Made by a program: the position numbers and the translations under genes
In this document: positions 59,903 to 64,000 of the stretch, in pieces
Position numbering within the stretch: position 1 is the stretch's first letter
Layout: each line of letters begins with the position of its first letter
Notes under the pieces: generated by a model
Told to the model about the DNA's origin: nothing
Seen by the model: the letters and a program-made list of their open reading frames with translations, nothing else
Database searches by the model: none
Assembly (NCBI GenBank): GCA_031285625.1
Contig: JAITVV010000095.1
Span: forward strand, 224,001-288,000
Length of the DNA stretch: 64,000 nt
Direction of reading: 5' to 3'
Origin: Prevotella sp.
GTDB taxonomy: Bacteria > Bacteroidota > Bacteroidia > Bacteroidales > Dysgonomonadaceae

Positions 59903-60508
59903 ATGATTTTTATTTTTGGTACGAGGACTACTACTGGTAATCCTATACAAACAGGACAAACCTGTCCCGCCTGCGGTGAAGAACATTCCATCATGATGGT
60001 GCCCGAACAACGGTATTTTCATCTCTTCTGGATTCCATTATTTCCTACAAGCAAACAATTTACACCGGTTTGTAATTTGTGTGGGGCAATGTTTACTACA
60101 CAGAAAGTTCCTGTAACGGATGAGGTACGTAAGCAGTATAAAACCCCAAAATGGACGTTGCTGGGACCCATAGTTCTGGGATTACTGATACTTGCCGTCA
60201 TTATATCTGTTTCCGTAACATCTGTAAGCGAGAATTCAGACCTGAAGGCAAAGGTTGAGAACCCTCAGGAAGGGGATATCTATCATGTAAAATATGATGT
60301 ACATCAGTACAGCCTGATGAGAGTAGCATCCTTTTCACCCGACTCTGTCTACTTCCACTTGTCACCCGGCCGGATAGAGAGAAAATCCGATCTGGATAAG
60401 ATGGCTGAGATGGACGCTTTTAACACACTAGAACTTAAAGGATTTTCAAAAGATGAATTAAAGAAAAATTCGATACCCGAAATAGAAATACTTAGAATAA
60501 GAAGATAA
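59903..60508 (+). CDS. Zinc-ribbon domain membrane protein
   Basis: CPACG, YFHLFWIPLFP, CNLCG, then a TM helix. Confidence 0.8.
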   Translation: MIFIFGTRTTTGNPIQTGQTCPACGEEHSIMMVPEQRYFHLFWIPLFPTSKQFTPVCNLCGAMFTTQKVPVTDEVRKQYKTPKWTLLGPIVLGLLILAVIISVSVTSVSENSDLKAKVENPQEGDIYHVKYDVHQYSLMRVASFSPDSVYFHLSPGRIERKSDLDKMAEMDAFNTLELKGFSKDELKKNSIPEIEILRIRR

Positions 60509-60525
60509 AAAGAAGACAAGACAAG

Positions 60526-60551
60526 AAAAGCCGGATTTCTCCGGCTTTTTG
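60526..60551. terminator. Bidirectional intrinsic terminator
   Basis: AAAAGCCGGA-TTTC-TCCGGCTTTT between convergent genes. Confidence 0.8.
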
Positions 60552-60553
60552 TA

Positions 60554-61402
60554 TTAGTTGCCAATCGTTTTTAATATTTCATTCGTTATCAAGTCAGGTT
60601 CATCCAAATAGATAAAATGAGAACTCTTATCAGTTATGATATGACGGAGATTCTTGTGATCATTCTCCAGTTGCTTGTTTAACCTTAAATGAACAGCAAA
60701 GGCTCTTTTATTAAATTCGACAAACCTTTCTTCTATCTCTACTTCCTTTATCGAGGTAAATAAGTACACCGGAATATCCGGAGGAATAGCGTATCTTTCA
60801 CCGGATTCCATCAATCCCAGATTGAAACTTATCTCATCAGCAGCTCCGGGAGGTACTTGAGCTATAATATTTTGCCAATTGCCGATATAGTCGTTCCACA
60901 TTTCTTCTGTTACAGCGGCTTTTAGTTCCTTATAAAACAATTCATGATAAGCATCGATTAAAAAAAGCGCCTTCACTTTCTGTGGATATAATTCCGCATA
61001 TTTTCTGACTATATAGCCACCTATGGAGTGACCTACTAGAATAACGGGCGTATTTACATCAAGTGTATTAATTATCATCTCAAGTTCTGCTGTCATTGAC
61101 CCGATATTCTTGCTGTCTGGTATATAATCGGAATTACCCAGACCGCTTCTGTCATAGGAAATAACCCGGGCGTATTCCGATAATTGCTCCTGAAAACTCC
61201 CCCATGTTTCCAGACCCATCGTTGCTCCGGAAACTAAAACAAGGGTAGCGCTACCGGAACCGGTATCACGATAACAGGTTTTACTGCCATTGTTTTGAAG
61301 ACAGCTAACATGTTTATTTTCCGAATTTTGAGCCATAATAGGTTGATTAAGTGATAAAAATACAGTAAACAAAATACAGAATCTTGAGATATACTTTTTC
61401 AT
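60554..61402 (-). CDS. Alpha/beta hydrolase
   Basis: YDRSGLGNS, GHSIGG nucleophile elbow, SSHFI. Confidence 0.9.
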   Translation of the reverse strand: MKKYISRFCILFTVFLSLNQPIMAQNSENKHVSCLQNNGSKTCYRDTGSGSATLVLVSGATMGLETWGSFQEQLSEYARVISYDRSGLGNSDYIPDSKNIGSMTAELEMIINTLDVNTPVILVGHSIGGYIVRKYAELYPQKVKALFLIDAYHELFYKELKAAVTEEMWNDYIGNWQNIIAQVPPGAADEISFNLGLMESGERYAIPPDIPVYLFTSIKEVEIEERFVEFNKRAFAVHLRLNKQLENDHKNLRHIITDKSSHFIYLDEPDLITNEILKTIGN

Positions 61403-61415
61403 ATCTTGCTGAGTT

Positions 61416-62522
61416 TTATGTTTGCTGATGTGCCATACCTATTATTTGGCAATCTGTACATACCTCAAAGTATATGGTACCATCGCCGGAACCTAGTATA
61501 TAATCCTGAATTTGAGCAAAATATTTCATTTTCTTACTGCAACAAGGGCAATCCAGATATTCGGTATCCTGTACCCAGTTGGCCATTCCTCCTATCATGT
61601 GCGTGATATCATCTTTACAGCCATACAAAGGATTTACAGGTTCCCGAGCCAAGACAAAGTTATTATTTTCAAATTCGGTAAGATCCTCGTCAGTCATATA
61701 GTTTTCGTCCAGATATGCATCGTCGCTCACTTCCAACACTTCCGATTCTCCATTTACTGTATATCTGCAATATGTAGGCCCATAAACAGAACTACAATTA
61801 GGGCAGGTGAGCGCTTTAATAACACCATCGATGCCAAGAAAGCTTAACCGTTCGTCCCGGCCATCGATTGTGAGCATATCTACCATCTGACAGGAACAAT
61901 GGCTGCACTTAGTATCTTTGCGGACACACATTATTGCCGCTTTATCTTTTTCCCTGTCTCCTTTTACGAATGGATAAGCCTGAGGATAGACAAGCTGTAC
62001 GCGGGTTCCGTCTTTTTCAAAAGTCCATCCTCCAATATCTGCATACCTGGAGGGGTCTACATATAATTTCTTGCGCCACTCGCGCGGATTATTCTCCAAT
62101 TCGAGAAAAGCATTCAATATCTTATTACCGGGGTCTTCTTTTACCAGCGAAAGGCAGCATAACATTGAGCTTCCTTCGGTTTTATCGGGTGTAGTAAGTA
62201 ACAGGTTTATCATTTTATCCACCGTTTCGGGAAAAGCATCGCGGTATAATTCGTGCGGATAATATACTTCTTTTGCGAATGCAGCTTTTGCAATATCAGC
62301 CGTATTTATTGCACGGTAATGAAACAATGGCCTGAAATACTGATATATAATATCCTTATCCTCAATATTGTCTATTACGTATTGTTTCTTTTTCTCAATC
62401 TCCTCGTCCGGCATAACCAGCCATTCGTCGCGTTCTTTTTCTATACGGCACCAGTAGCATAGCCCTTCAAAATATTTTTCTCTGCCGCAGTTTGTACAGG
62501 GGATAGGTATTCTTTCTGCCAT
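61416..62522 (-). CDS. DUF1963/YwqG-like cysteine-rich protein
   Basis: IGGMANWVQD.EY..CPCC...M.YFAQI...GDG.IY..VC..C C-terminus. Confidence 0.6.
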   Translation of the reverse strand: MAERIPIPCTNCGREKYFEGLCYWCRIEKERDEWLVMPDEEIEKKKQYVIDNIEDKDIIYQYFRPLFHYRAINTADIAKAAFAKEVYYPHELYRDAFPETVDKMINLLLTTPDKTEGSSMLCCLSLVKEDPGNKILNAFLELENNPREWRKKLYVDPSRYADIGGWTFEKDGTRVQLVYPQAYPFVKGDREKDKAAIMCVRKDTKCSHCSCQMVDMLTIDGRDERLSFLGIDGVIKALTCPNCSSVYGPTYCRYTVNGESEVLEVSDDAYLDENYMTDEDLTEFENNNFVLAREPVNPLYGCKDDITHMIGGMANWVQDTEYLDCPCCSKKMKYFAQIQDYILGSGDGTIYFEVCTDCQIIGMAHQQT

Positions 62523-62608
62523 AATTTTATAAGTTATAGGTAATTCTTATTTAATACGATTCAGCTGACCTTAATGATTTTATCAAAAAAACTGACAAAA
62601 TAATCTGA

Positions 62609-64000
62609 TTACGGCGGCATAAACCATGTAACCGGAAATATACTCTGATATTTTGCCGGAGTTAGTGTCTCTCCTGTTTTATAATCAATAATTCCCTGTT
62701 TGCCATTCTTAGAGACTATTGCCGTATTACCGGAAATGACTTCAATCTGGTCATATATATAAGGGAAGACGTTTTGCCTTTTCTCAACATCAAATATAGT
62801 ACTTTTATCTCCGTCGAAAATAAAAAAATAATGACTTGATATATGGCTGATATCACCATCTATACGCGACAAGAGCACTTCCTTACTTCTGTAATTGATA
62901 ATCTCGGTAAGGGCATCAGGTCCGTTTACATGACCATAAGTATGCGCATAGAGTAAAGAATCATCAAGAATTCTCATTTCGTTCTTTCTACTCACTATTT
63001 CTTCTCCATTGAGCCCATCAACAAGACTGTATGTATAAGTACCCAATTCCGATTCCATGATTACCGGACGATCGGTTTGTAAATAAATTTGTCCATTGTA
63101 TGTAAAAGATTTTTCGTTCTGCCCCGTCTCCAGATTGTAAATAACAGAGTAGTCTCCCTTACTCAGCCGTACAATGCTATCTGCAACGACCTCATCGGCA
63201 TAACCTACATTATAATCTATCTGGTCATATTCGATAGGTATTATCAACTTTCCTTTCCTGTCATAGAGCCCTTGTTTACCATCTTTGCCGACAATGAAAT
63301 ATTTATAGCTTGTGAAAGCCGAAACATAGTCATATTCGCAAGGTACAGCAAGTTCTCCGTCACCGGTCAGTAATCCATATTTATTGCCACAAATAGTAGT
63401 GTAAATATCAACCTGATAGACATTATGCCCAATGTAATTGTATATATGCGGTTGCTTAGTTTCACCTGTATAGGCATTCACCAAGCCGTATTTGCCTGCA
63501 TCTTGTGCAAACACAAAATCGCCATAGAACGAGTCAGCTCCGGGTATTTGAATCATTCCATATTTCAGTGGAACCGTATATTGCCGGGTATCGGCATCAA
63601 ATATACCATACTTCCCGTCTTTCAGGATACGGAAAAGAGAGGATTTACCACCGAACTTTTTCAGCCATTTTACACCAGCAGTCTGTTTTGGGGAGAGAAC
63701 GATATTCCCAAGCGTATCCATTATACCATAATTGGCCCATGCATTACCTTTGGTAAGACTGTCGCAAACTACAAAATAGTCGCCTGCCTGAGAAATATAA
63801 TACTTGTAGGGAATAACAAGTTCCCCGGTAACGGTATTCTCCACTCCATTGAATTTATCATTGCCTACTACCTTGAAACGTGGTGGACGGTTGTATCTTA
63901 TTTCCCTGAACATGGTGTCGCATCCGGCTACTACACGATTGACCAGATCATACTTCATACAATCATCCGTGGATGTGGACATGAACTCCAATGCTTCTTC
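62609..64000 (-). CDS. WG-repeat protein (5' end outside the window)
   Basis: Repeated GKYG.....G....P..Y units. Confidence 0.85.
   Translation of the reverse strand, partial: EEALEFMSTSTDDCMKYDLVNRVVAGCDTMFREIRYNRPPRFKVVGNDKFNGVENTVTGELVIPYKYYISQAGDYFVVCDSLTKGNAWANYGIMDTLGNIVLSPKQTAGVKWLKKFGGKSSLFRILKDGKYGIFDADTRQYTVPLKYGMIQIPGADSFYGDFVFAQDAGKYGLVNAYTGETKQPHIYNYIGHNVYQVDIYTTICGNKYGLLTGDGELAVPCEYDYVSAFTSYKYFIVGKDGKQGLYDRKGKLIIPIEYDQIDYNVGYADEVVADSIVRLSKGDYSVIYNLETGQNEKSFTYNGQIYLQTDRPVIMESELGTYTYSLVDGLNGEEIVSRKNEMRILDDSLLYAHTYGHVNGPDALTEIINYRSKEVLLSRIDGDISHISSHYFFIFDGDKSTIFDVEKRQNVFPYIYDQIEVISGNTAIVSKNGKQGIIDYKTGETLTPAKYQSIFPVTWFMPP

Noticed and set aside
1-64000. CRISPR array, reverse transcriptase/DGR, IS transposase
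   Set aside because: No regularly spaced repeats, RT motifs or transposase ORFs were recognised.

Overview
Bacteroidales chromosomal window, probably from a Dysgonomonas-like organism (inferred from gene content, protein style and many TAnnTTTG -7 promoter elements). The housekeeping backbone is priA (5' end), a TPR/outer-membrane pair, tRNA-Arg(CCT), rimP-nusA-infB, parA-parB-DUF5683-mltD-relA/spoT, an ABC-F gene, cidA/lrgB, radC, lpxH, hemH and manA. Accessory DNA is interspersed. (1) An AT-rich toxin-antitoxin-SecB chaperone (TAC) operon lies next to the tRNA. (2) A lone lipoprotein fuses two BACON domains to a cholesterol-dependent-cytolysin-like core. (3) A run of orphan immunity-like genes (SMI1/KNR4, MafI-like, LRR) flanks the ABC-F gene. 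(4) An integrase-less phage-derived system is present in two oppositely oriented pieces about 10 kb apart: a CI-like repressor with three operators, replication initiator, DnaC-like ATPase and sigma-like factor at 52.8-56.1 kb, and a small-terminase module at 42.6-43.6 kb. A 22-bp imperfect inverted repeat sits exactly at the two junctions and could be an inversion site or a shared sigma promoter. Non-coding items include three copies of a REP-like palindrome, a ~440-bp highly structured element and a promoter-linked structured RNA candidate upstream of ompH. All calls are by-eye motif recognition; no database searches were run.
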